DNA of 64,000 nt from Azolla caroliniana (Eukaryota; Plantae; Polypodiophyta): assembly GCA_043228905.1 (NCBI GenBank), contig JBHGNT010000010.1:5890001-5954000 (forward strand), read 5' to 3'. Under the pieces are notes generated by a model that was not told the DNA's origin, ran no database searches, and saw only the letters and a list, made by a program, of their open reading frames with translations. The translations under genes and the position numbers were made by a program. Below, in pieces: positions 37,978 to 48,030 of this stretch. Within the stretch, counting starts at the first letter, position 1; every line of letters begins with the position of its first letter.

Positions 37978-40900
37978 TGTCGCGTTGTTACGCGCGTGCG
38001 TGGAGAAGGGCGGAACCACGGGGGTCTTGGACTAAGGAGAAGGGGAGAAGGAATAGGACTTCGGAATGGAGCTTAGCACAAGAAGAGAAAGAATGAACAA
38101 GAGGAAGATGGAGGCCAAATGCTCAACAAGATATATTAGAACCGAAAACCGATTACAAAATGGCGGCCGCGTAGGCCGCACCAAACGACTATGATAAACC
38201 CCGAAACCCTAATCCGACGAAGAAGAAAAGAAACCCTAAACCTAACGCTTGTCCTATGTGGTATACCTTCCGCACTCAAAATAGGCAACCCCCACAATGG
38301 TGCTCTTCCTCTCCCTTTATAGCACAAGGAGGGAAGACCGTTACATAAAGGTGCTACAAAATATCCCCTTTCAATCAATGGGGATATTTCCCTTGATTTT
38401 AGGGGAGGTGGGAAGGATGGGTCTTAACTCCCACCTCTACACGAACTACTATGTACCTATCTCTCTCTCTCACGTGGATGTGCGCGCAAAAGCACATCAC
38501 CTTTACACTTTACAAATCCTAAGGTGCATTTCTAGCACCACACTTATCACTATCGACAAATAGAAATACAACATCTTGATGTGCAACGTTGCACATCGCG
38601 GGTTTGCTTACTTCGCTCGGTTTTCCGCCTATGGACGAAAATCTTCACGACATCCGCCCCCACCTAACCGCACATCCACCGGTATGTGCCAAAAGGGGAA
38701 CAAAACGCGAGATTTTCGGCCAAGGCGGCCAACCGAGCCCTTGACAACCTCGTGGGCTTGCCCGGCTTAGTCTTCCACTTCGAGCAAGTCCACCCCGTCC
38801 ACACGAACCACCGTCGCCTTCCGGCCCACTATCTCCGCCGAATGGTCCCGAACCGTCGGCTCCATCCGATCCGCCACACTTGACGACGTTCGCCGAGTCG
38901 TTGCCTCCACCCGATCCGCCACGTCCACCGTGTTTCCTCGAACCACCGTCTACATCCGGACCGCCGTTTCTGATGCCCGCGCTTTCTTCCCCGATCGGTC
39001 CTCCCGAACGCCGCTGCCGACCCTTTGTCCGCCTCGCATATCCTCCGGATCCGCCTTTTTCGTGCCGCGCACCTCGTCGTGCCGACTCTTCTCGCTCCGC
39101 GCTTGCCTTCCGTAGGCTTTCCCCGTACGTCGGTGTCGTCCTCCGAATGCGTGCTCGTGCTTCGGTCCTTCGATGACCCCATCACGCATTTTTCGCCTTC
39201 CCTTTGCTTGCCGTGCTCTCTCGCCGTAGAGCATACCATCGTTCCCGTGCTCGTTGCTTGGCCCTCATGCGGCCGCATTGCACGTTTCGCATTCCGCTCC
39301 TCTTCGCGTACCCTTTCGGAAAGGTACCTTTCTTCCCCGACCTCCGTTTCGCTCGGAGGAACACCCTCTTGGTCCTCTTGGCCCGCTCGACCGCACACAT
39401 CCTTCGTGATGTCGTGTTCGTTCTTTTGGGCGCATACATCTTCGTTCTCCGCGACCTCCCGTATGCCTCTCTCGGTGCCTTCATCCGTTGTGGCCTTCGT
39501 CCCCTCGCCGCCACCGTCCGCCACTCTTGGTCTCACGTCGGCACTCGCGCCGACCGCCGGAGTCTCTATAGCCGGTGTGGAGGATCCCTCTCGGGCCTTA
39601 TCTTCGTGGCCGCCGGTCTTAGCCTCTCCGTAGGCCACCTCTTCCCACCAATCTTCCCTAGCATCGTGCCAGGTCTTGTCGTCGCCGCCTTCCTCCTCGT
39701 ATTCGCCTCTCGAAGGCGTGATCCGACCGTCATCTTCGATCGCTCGATGTGGCTCCTTCGTAGGCATGCTTGTGTCTTGGCCCTCCATCGGCCGTATTGC
39801 ATGCATCTCGTCTCGCTCTTCCGCCGTAGACCCGACCTCCGTGTCGGTCTTCTCCTCCTTTGTCGCCGTAGCCCGTTCCGACACGGGCTCGCCGTCTTGG
39901 ACCCACCCGTCCACCATCTCGTACCGGATATCCGTTCCGGTAACCTCGTACGCTCCGGCCTCCGACTCCTCGCCGCCACCCGCCGTTTCTCCGGTCTTAT
40001 GTTGATCCGCAACCGCCATAGTCTCTAGAGTGGGTATGGAGGGTCTCGTTTGTTTCCGTTTTTCCCCCGAACCATGGTCGTCGTGCCCGGTTAGCCTCCA
40101 TCTCGCGCTTACCGGCTCCCATCGTAACCGTAACCGTAACCATAACCGTAACCGTAACCGGCCAATCGGTCTCGCCGGCTTCCTTCGGTTTGGGCCCGGT
40201 TCGCCGGCCCTTACTCTCTTCTTCTTCCGTGCCGTATTCCGGTCGGGTCGGTTCCCGACTCTCTCCTCATTTCCGCTCCGGTCCTCTCCGTCGGACCCAC
40301 CGTATACGCCCATTCCGGGCCCCGCATACTCGTCTTCGTATGCGCTCTCTCCGGGCCTCACCTCCTCACGGTCACCGCCCATCTCTCCGGTCTCACGTTG
40401 GCATTCGAGCACAACCGCCGAAGTCTCCGGCCCCGGTGTCAAGGGGTCTTGCCTCCGTCCGCTCCAATCTTCCTTCTCGTTTCCGTTGCCCGCCTTGCCG
40501 CCGTCACCTCCCGGCGCACTAAGCCTCATGCCGGCACTCGGGCCGGCCATTGGAGCCTCTAGGATTGGTGTGGGTAAGGACCCGGCACCGCCGCTTGTTG
40601 TCTCCGTAGCCGCTTTCGTTCGGACGTCGTTGTCCGCGGCTTCCCCATCTCCGATTCCGTAAGCCTCTAGTATGCTTGCCACCACCTCTTCTTCGCCGTT
40701 CTCCGCGTCATTTTGTTTGCCCGCCTTGCCGCCGCCACCGCTCGTCGTTCTAGGTCTCGTGCCGGCACTCGGGCCGACCGCCGAAGCCTCTAGGGCCGGT
40801 GTGTGGAAGGTCGCGGCACCACCGCTCGCCTCCTCTCCGCTCGATGTTTTGGGCCGCCGTGCCCCGAATCTTCCGCCCACTTTCGAAGTGGCGCTCTCCG

Positions 40901-42962
40901 CTTTGTAGTCATCGGCCTCATCCTTGGCCGTCCATTCGCCGCAAGACGAGAGGGTTGCTCGCTCCGCACCCTCTCCCATGTCGTCGTCGTTTCGGTTGCC
41001 CGCCTTGCCGCCGCCACCGTCCGTCACTCTAGGCCTCTCGCCGGCTCTCGGGCCGGGTGCCGGAGTCTCTAGGACCGGTGTGTGGAAGGTCGCGACACCA
41101 CCACTCCTCTCGTCCGTAGCCACCTCCATTCGGACATCGTCGTCCGTGGCTACCCCGTCTTCGGTTTCGCAAGCATCGAGTATGCTTGCCGCCGCCTCTT
41201 CTTCGCCGGTCTCGTCCTCATCTCGGTTGTCCGCCTTGCCGCCGCCACCGCCCGTAGCTCTAGGTCCCGTGCCGGCACTCGGGCCGACCGCCGAAGCCTC
41301 TAGGGCCGGTGTGTGGAAGGTCGCGACACCGACGCTCGTCTCCTCCCGACTCGATGTTTCGGGCCACCGTGTCCCGAAACCGTAGTTACCGGCCTCCATG
41401 GCCGTCGCTTCACCGCAAGGCAAGAGGGTCGCTTGCTCCGCACCCTCTCCCTTGTCACCGTCGTACGCTCTTCCGGCCTCGATTTTCGCCGTCACGATCT
41501 CGCACGCCTCCCATACCAACGCCTCGAAGTCGTACTCCTCCGGTTGGTCGTGCATCGAGCTCTCTTCCGGCGGTGGTGTGTAGCCGCCCACCGCCCTCTC
41601 TTCTCCGCCGCTCGCGGGTCGTGTTGTGGCCGACCACCTCTTATCATGTTGTCGGCACACCCGTTCTACTTCGGGCCACTCCTCGGTGAGACCATGCGCC
41701 CCATAATCGTCTTGAAGCTCGAACATGATGTCCATCCTCTCCTCATGATGGACCGTCTTCAAAAATAGGAGGACTTTGTCCGCCCCCACCGATCTCCGTT
41801 CCCACTCCGAGAGTTGAGAGAAACGACGCTCGAACTCTCGGAATGCCTCCATTGCGCCCCGGTGGCGCCTCGCCGACGCCACCCACCGATCGAACTCTCG
41901 CCGACCTCTTACCTCCGATTCCGCGCACCCGTATGCCTCCATTAGAGCCCCTTCAAAGGACTCCCACGATTCGTGAGCTTCTTGGAGCTCCTTGACCTCC
42001 TCGTACTTTGATGCGGCCGCCGCTCGACGAAAGAACTCTAGCCTCGTCGCTTCGTCCACGCCCATCCCCGTCATTTCCGCATCGTAGGCTCTCAAAAATT
42101 TTGGGACCTCCTTCCCATCGAACCGGCCGACTAGACGGACCACCCTTTCGACCGCTTGTTGAGCCGCCTCTCGCCTCGCCCTCTTCCGTCCGGCGTCCAT
42201 CAAGATCTTTGTCATCATCTCCTCGAAGTCGAAGCCTTCTTCCATCTCTTTCTCCCTTGCCGCCCTTCACGTCGGGTTCACCAAAGATGTCGCGTTGTTA
42301 CGCGCGTGCGTGGAGAAGGGCGGAACCACGGGGGTCTTGGACTAAGGAGAAGGGGAGAAGGAATAGGACTTCAGAATGGAGCTTAGCACAAGAAGAGAAA
42401 GAATGAACAAGAGGAAGATGGAGGCCAAATGCTCAACAAGATATATTAGAACCGAAAACCGATTACAAAATGGCGGCCGCGTAGGCCGCACCAAACGACT
42501 ATGATAAACCCCGAAACCCTAATCCGACGAAGAAGAAAAGAAACCCTAAACCTAACGCTTGTCCTATGTGGTATACCTTCCGCACTCAAAATAGGCAACC
42601 CCCACAATGGTGCTCTTCCTCTCCCTTTATAGCACAAGGAGGGAAGACCGTTACATAAAGGTGCTACAAAATATCCCCTTTCAATCAATGGGGATATTTC
42701 CCTTGATTTTAGGGGAGGTGGGAAGGATGGGTCTTAACTCCCACCTCTACACGAACTACTATGTACCTATCTCTCTCTCTCACGTGGATGTGCGCGCAAA
42801 AGCACATCACCTTTACACTTTACAAATCCTAAGGTGCATTTCTAGCACCACACTTATCACTATCGACAAATAGAAATACAACATCTTGATGTGCAACGTT
42901 GCACATCGCGGGTTTGCTTACTTCGCTCGGTTTTCCGCCTATGGACGAAAATCTTCACGACA
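37978..42962 (-). mobile_element. Non-autonomous Gag-only LTR element, very young
   Basis: 675-bp LTRs 37978-38652 and 42288-42962 with one difference seen. TSD ACGG at 37974-37977 and 42963-42966. PBS TGGTGAACCCGACGTGA and the same PPT as its host element. Confidence 0.95.
38829..42245 (-). CDS. 1138-aa protein: N-terminal Gag/capsid-like region plus long repetitive acidic disordered tail; no PR/RT/RH/INT
   Basis: GRFDGKEVPKFLRAYDAEM and VLLFLKTV...GLTEEW align with the host Gag (GRFDGKDATKYLASYGAEM; VLLFVKSV...GLTTDW). Repeated ATFHTPALEASAVGPSAG modules. Confidence 0.85.
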   Translation of the reverse strand: MEEGFDFEEMMTKILMDAGRKRARREAAQQAVERVVRLVGRFDGKEVPKFLRAYDAEMTGMGVDEATRLEFFRRAAAASKYEEVKELQEAHESWESFEGALMEAYGCAESEVRGRREFDRWVASARRHRGAMEAFREFERRFSQLSEWERRSVGADKVLLFLKTVHHEERMDIMFELQDDYGAHGLTEEWPEVERVCRQHDKRWSATTRPASGGEERAVGGYTPPPEESSMHDQPEEYDFEALVWEACEIVTAKIEAGRAYDGDKGEGAEQATLLPCGEATAMEAGNYGFGTRWPETSSREETSVGVATFHTPALEASAVGPSAGTGPRATGGGGGKADNRDEDETGEEEAAASILDACETEDGVATDDDVRMEVATDERSGGVATFHTPVLETPAPGPRAGERPRVTDGGGGKAGNRNDDDMGEGAERATLSSCGEWTAKDEADDYKAESATSKVGGRFGARRPKTSSGEEASGGAATFHTPALEASAVGPSAGTRPRTTSGGGGKAGKQNDAENGEEEVVASILEAYGIGDGEAADNDVRTKAATETTSGGAGSLPTPILEAPMAGPSAGMRLSAPGGDGGKAGNGNEKEDWSGRRQDPLTPGPETSAVVLECQRETGEMGGDREEVRPGESAYEDEYAGPGMGVYGGSDGEDRSGNEERVGNRPDRNTARKKKRVRAGEPGPNRRKPARPIGRLRLRLWLRLRLRWEPVSARWRLTGHDDHGSGEKRKQTRPSIPTLETMAVADQHKTGETAGGGEESEAGAYEVTGTDIRYEMVDGWVQDGEPVSERATATKEEKTDTEVGSTAEERDEMHAIRPMEGQDTSMPTKEPHRAIEDDGRITPSRGEYEEEGGDDKTWHDAREDWWEEVAYGEAKTGGHEDKAREGSSTPAIETPAVGASADVRPRVADGGGEGTKATTDEGTERGIREVAENEDVCAQKNEHDITKDVCGRAGQEDQEGVPPSETEVGEERYLSERVREEERNAKRAMRPHEGQATSTGTMVCSTAREHGKQREGEKCVMGSSKDRSTSTHSEDDTDVRGKPTEGKRGARRVGTTRCAARKRRIRRICEADKGSAAAFGRTDRGRKRGHQKRRSGCRRWFEETRWTWRIGWRQRLGERRQVWRIGWSRRFGTIRRR

Positions 42963-44541
42963 ACGGGCTCACTACCGACTGGGCGGCTGTCAAGAAGGTC
43001 TGTGGCCGTTTCGACAAACGGCGAGAATGGGCGGATAACGGGGCAACCGGGTCGGGCTCGGTCGCAGCAAGGAAGCTCGAACCAGCGCCACAGGTGCGAA
43101 AGGAAGAGACCCGAGAGTGGTTGGAAACCGGTTCGGCTTCGACCGGCGTAGTCAGAGGCTCAACCGGAGGAGCGGCGCTGGAGGAATTGACGAGGGCGAT
43201 AAAGGACCTCCAAATCGCGCAGGCCCGAAGGGAAGGAGGCGAACCGGCTTGTGACCGACGGCCGGCGGCAGGAAACAGGTGCATGTGGTGCGATGAAGTC
43301 GGCCACATTCGGAAGGACTGCGGCGACTTCGCGGAGGCGCTGAGGAACAGGGTGGTGTACCTGTGGGAAGGACGGGTGCATGCCAGCGACACCCGAAGGG
43401 CCTTGAGCCAAAACGACGGGTGAGGTGGTATGAAAAGGTTGATGGAAGAGGCGGCGGCCCGACACGCGGAAACCGTCCACTACTCGGCGTCGGCCGGCAT
43501 TCGAGTCGGGGGCGGCGAGGCCCGAAGGGAAAGCAAAGCCGGATTCTGGCCAACGATGCTGGAAGGCCTTGCCGGTGCAAGGCTTAAAAGGGAGGAATCG
43601 GACCGTGCGGAGAAACGGGTACGGGAGATGACCGGGTGGAGCGACCCGGTCGAGGAAAAGACGGGCTTCGTGGAAGCCGCTTGCCAGAACTACGAGGCTC
43701 TGGTAGAAGAGAAGCGGGTGGGGAAACCCGGGACGACCGGGCCCTCACAACGATACGAGACCCGGTCCGGGCCACGACGGGACGAAGCCGGCGGGGCCGG
43801 TACGCAAGATAAACCCCAGAAGGGCGGGTACCGTCTGGGGACGGAGATAGAAAGGACCACGGACTTACGAAAGGTCCTGGAGGAACGGATCCTTGACAGC
43901 AAGGTGGAGCTGTCGTTACGAGAGGTGCTGGGAATCGCCAAGAAGGAGTTCCACGACTCCATCGTGGACTTGGTGAAACGGAAGAGGCTGTCAACGGAGA
44001 CAAAACCGGAAAGACCGGTGGAAGTGCGGACGACGCACCTAGACGACATGACGTTGGGAGACAAGTGGGCGAAAAGCCACTATTCGAGACCACACTGGGC
44101 CCGAGCGACCACGGAAACCCCGGTGAAGATCGGCGATGTCCAGGAACCGGTGATAGCTTTGGTGGACCACGGATCGGAGATCAATTTGATGTCCATGGAC
44201 TTCTATAAGAAGGGCAAATGGCCGATCAACACCAAGCACGGGTGGAAAATAAGGGCAGCAACGCGCGCCACCGAGGAACTGCACGGGGCTTGTCCGAATG
44301 TGCGAGTCAAGATCGGCGACGTCGAGATTGACCAGCACTTCTTCGTGCAGGAGACGTCTTCGCATCCGGTCATACTGGGAGAGCCGTACATCACGGCGGC
44401 GCGAATGGAGACCAAGGTGCTGGACAATGGTTCGGCCTACGCGAGGTTCAAAAGCCAAGACGGGCGCCATTCGGTCCAGTTTCTGACGGTACGGCCGAAC
44501 CACGAACGTAACCGCGACTCCCTCGGTTCCAAAAACCGAGA

Positions 44542-44585
44542 GGATTTTTAGAGAGGACTGCCAAGGCGTGGGGCCGCGACAGTCC
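44542..44585 (+). promoter_or_regulatory. Predicted -1 ribosomal frameshift signal
   Basis: G GAT TTT at 44542-44548, immediately before TAG. 6-nt spacer, then stem GGACTG (44555-44560)/CAGTCC (44580-44585). The -1 frame is open through to pol. Confidence 0.7.
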
Positions 44586-47500
44586 GGATGCTCCGGGAAA
44601 ACCCCACATCTGTACGATAAAACCGTGTACAATAGGTAGGAAATTTTGCTTCTCCGACAGCGAAGCATGTACGATGGTCGGCATCGCCGGCCGAGAGAAA
44701 ACAAAGACGGAGGGGAGACTTCGAGCGTGCGGAGTTCTCGGCCCTGACGAAGAAATCAGTGGCGCCGTTGAGGCGGTCTCCTTCGACGACACCTTGGGAA
44801 TGCTGGGGAAGGTAGTCGAAGAAGACCTTAACGAAGACCGGACGATACCGGTATGTTCCGAAGAAATGTACGAAGTCATCGCGGACTTTGGTCGGGGGCT
44901 CGAGTCGGATCGGACGGCCCGAGTAAGCACCAAGTACAAGACTGTGGACCGGAAGGTAAGGCCAGTCGCGGTACCGTTACCGGAGGGCAGCGAGTCGCGA
45001 ATCAAAGGGGTTGCATCGGACCCCAGCTTACGAGATCCGGCCTGTATAGGACACACCTTCACCAACGAGACGCTCCGGGAGCTCAAAATCGGTGGGGGCG
45101 GGTTCCTACTACCGGCGGAGGAAGACCGGTTTCGGAGAATGCTCGGAAGGCACGGGAAAGCCTTTGCATTCTCACCGGAGGAAATCGGGTGCGTAAACCC
45201 GACGATCGTAGAGCCGATGGTGATATTCACGGTACCGCATGTACCGTGGAATCTCAAGCCAATTCCGGTTCCGAGAGCTCACATCCCGAAGTTGATGGAG
45301 CTGTTGAAGCAGAAAGTTGATATGGGCATTCTCGAGCCGTCGAGCGCCCCGTATTCAAACCGATGGTTTACCGTACCAAAGAAAAACGGATCATTGCGCT
45401 TCATTCAGGACCTGCAACCGGTCAATAGGGTGACCATTCGGAACGCAGGGATTGGACCAACCATAGACGAGTTCGCGGAGGCCTTCGCCGGAAGGTCGAT
45501 TTACTCGGTCGGTGATCTATACTCAGGGTACGACCAGTTCCAGCTAGCCGTGGAGAGCAGAGACATTACGACGATGCGAACTCCCCTCGGCCTAGTGCGG
45601 ATGTGTACGCTGCCGCAAGGAGGGACCAACTCGGTGGCCCACATGGTGAATGCGATGAACAAGGTTCTGAGGGACTGCATCTCGGACATCACCATGCCGT
45701 TTCTGGACGACATCCCGATCAAGGGATGCCCGGTAGCAGAAAAGGACGAGACGATCAGGCCGAACGGATGCCGGCGATTCGTGGCGACGCACATCGACGA
45801 CTGCGAGAAGGTGCTGCAAAGGCTAGAGGCTGCGAGGCTCACCTTCTCGGGGGAGAAATCAGCCTTCGGGCAGACGGAAATCATGGTGGTCGGACATTTA
45901 TGTGGACCATATGGCCGGAAACCGTCTCCGGCAAAGGTAGAAGCCATCTCCGCGATGAAGCCTGATTGCAGCTCGGTCACGGAAGTACGAAGATTCTTGG
46001 GAGCATGCGCCTTCTACCACATATGGATCCCGCATTACGCGCACGTCGCGGAGCCGCTGTACAGATTATTGAAGAAAGGGCGAAGATTCGAATGGCTAGA
46101 CAAGCACACGGAGTCGGTCCGGAAGCTGAAGGAGGCTCTTTCGGCAGCACCGGCGCTCCGAAAGGCCGTCTACAGGAAGGGCACCCCAGTGTACATAACG
46201 GTTGACACGAGTCCGACCGGAATCGGGTGGGTCGTCAACCAAGAAGACGAGGACGGCAATCGGTTCCCGATCCGATTCGGCGCGAAGGTCCTTAGTGAGC
46301 GGCAGCGAGGATACGCCCAGGTTAAACGCGAACTCTGGGGTGTCGTTTCGGCGGTGAAGGCCGACAAGGACTATCTGATCGGGACAGAGGTAATCATAGA
46401 GACGGATTGCATGCCGATTCTCGGCATGGTTTCCGGATGCGCGACGCCGGACCTGGCAATGCTCAGGTGGATAGCGTACATCAAGTCCCTGGACCCGGAA
46501 ATACGACACATTTCCGGGAAAGACAACGCCATGGCCGACATGCTTCCAAGGGCGAGATTCGATGACGAGGGCGGCATGGTTTCGGAGGACGAAGAGGTCG
46601 GCGTGGACTTCTTCGAGGCAGCATACGTAACAACCGGCGGGACGAGCACTCCGGCGCTTAACGACTTCGACGCGAGCAAGTACGACGGGGAGTGGCTGCA
46701 GATCGGCGGGTTCTTGAGGACAATGGCGCCGGATGCGTCATGGACGAAAGACGAGGCCAACCGGATCCGGAAGAAAGCGTACCGGTTCTTTCTCCGGGAT
46801 GGCTATCTATGGAAGCACCCGAAGAAGAGGGACGGCGCTCCGCTCCGGGTGGTGGCGATGAAGGAAGAACAGGAGGAGCTGCTGACGGCCTACCACGACA
46901 GCCCTTGGGCCGGACACCGTGGAACTTGGGCCACGTTCGAGAAGATAAAGGAGAAGTACTGGTGGCTGGGACTGTACCGGGACGTGCATCGATTAGTGAC
47001 CACTTGCGAGAGCTGTCAGATGCACTCCGTGGTCCGACACCGGGACGAGCTTCACCCTACGTACCCTCCGACCATCCACTTCAAATGGATGGTAGATCTG
47101 GTGACGATGCCAATGGGGGTAGGACAGATGCAGTACCTGGTCCTAGCGCGGGAGGATCTGACGAACCAGGTGGAAGGCCGAGCCCTTCCGAACAAAACGA
47201 CCGCGGCCGTATGTCGGTTCCTAATCGAGGACGTGATATGCCGGTACGGGTGCGTCGGGAAGATCGTGGCTGACCGAGGGGAGTTGGACGCCGAAGAAGC
47301 CGCGAAGCTGTTCGACCGGCTGGGAGTCAAGCTCTCGCTCACCACTGCGTACAATCCGGAGGCGAATGGAAAGGTGGAGCGCGGACACGGACCGATCGTC
47401 AAGGCGCTGGTTCGAGCATGCAGAGGCCAAGTCGGTAACTGGCCGCGGCTGCTACCTTATGCTTTGTGGGCAGACCGGACCACGCACAGTTCGGTAACCG

Positions 47501-48030
47501 GGTACATGCCGACGGAGCTCATGTTCGGCCAGAAGCCGATCATGCCGATAGAACGGACGATCTCCTCGTGGGCAACGGTCGACTAGAGGGACGAGATGAG
47601 CCGGGAGGAGTTGTTGGCCGCGCGTATACGACAGCTCGAGCGGAGACCGGAGGACGTGGAACTGGCTGCGGAGAAGCTCCGGGTGGCGAGGACAAAGAAC
47701 AAAGCCAGGTTCGACCGAACGCACCGGCTCCGACCGAAGAAAATCGACGAAGGTGACTGGGTGCTCGTCTACGACAGCAGCCTCGACAACCAGCACCGAG
47801 CTACACGGAAGTTCGCACGAAGGTGGTTCGGGCCTTACGTGGTGCGGAGCGCCAATGACAACGGGACATATCACCTGGCGGAACTAGACGGCACGAGAAT
47901 GGCGATACCGGTTGCAGGGAAGCGGATCAAAGCGTTCAAGAAGCGACACGACGACGAGCCAGACCCGGCTCTCCTAGTCAGCAGTGACGAACGATCCGAA
48001 AACGAGGAAGAACCGACGGGCGAGGAATGA
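44548..48030 (+). pseudogene. Gypsy pol (RT, RNase H, integrase with GPY motif)
   Basis: DLYSGYDQ, LPQGGTNS, PFLDDIPIKG, TVDTSPTGIG, GHRG...CESC, VADRG, WFGPY. One TAG at 47584-47586. Confidence 0.93.

Larger units (their letters stand above)
37409..44551 (+). pseudogene. Gypsy gag-protease ORF, interrupted by the nested element at 37978-42962
   Basis: ETEDG|LTTDW rejoins across TSD ACGG. Zinc knuckle CMWCDEVGHIRKDC. TGA at 43421-43423. Protease ALVDHGSEINLM. Confidence 0.9.

Noticed and set aside
39025-42406. Numerous plus-strand ORFs opposite the 1138-aa ORF (and opposite other GC-rich pol genes)
   Set aside because: Shadow ORFs expected from high GC content; no recognisable motifs.
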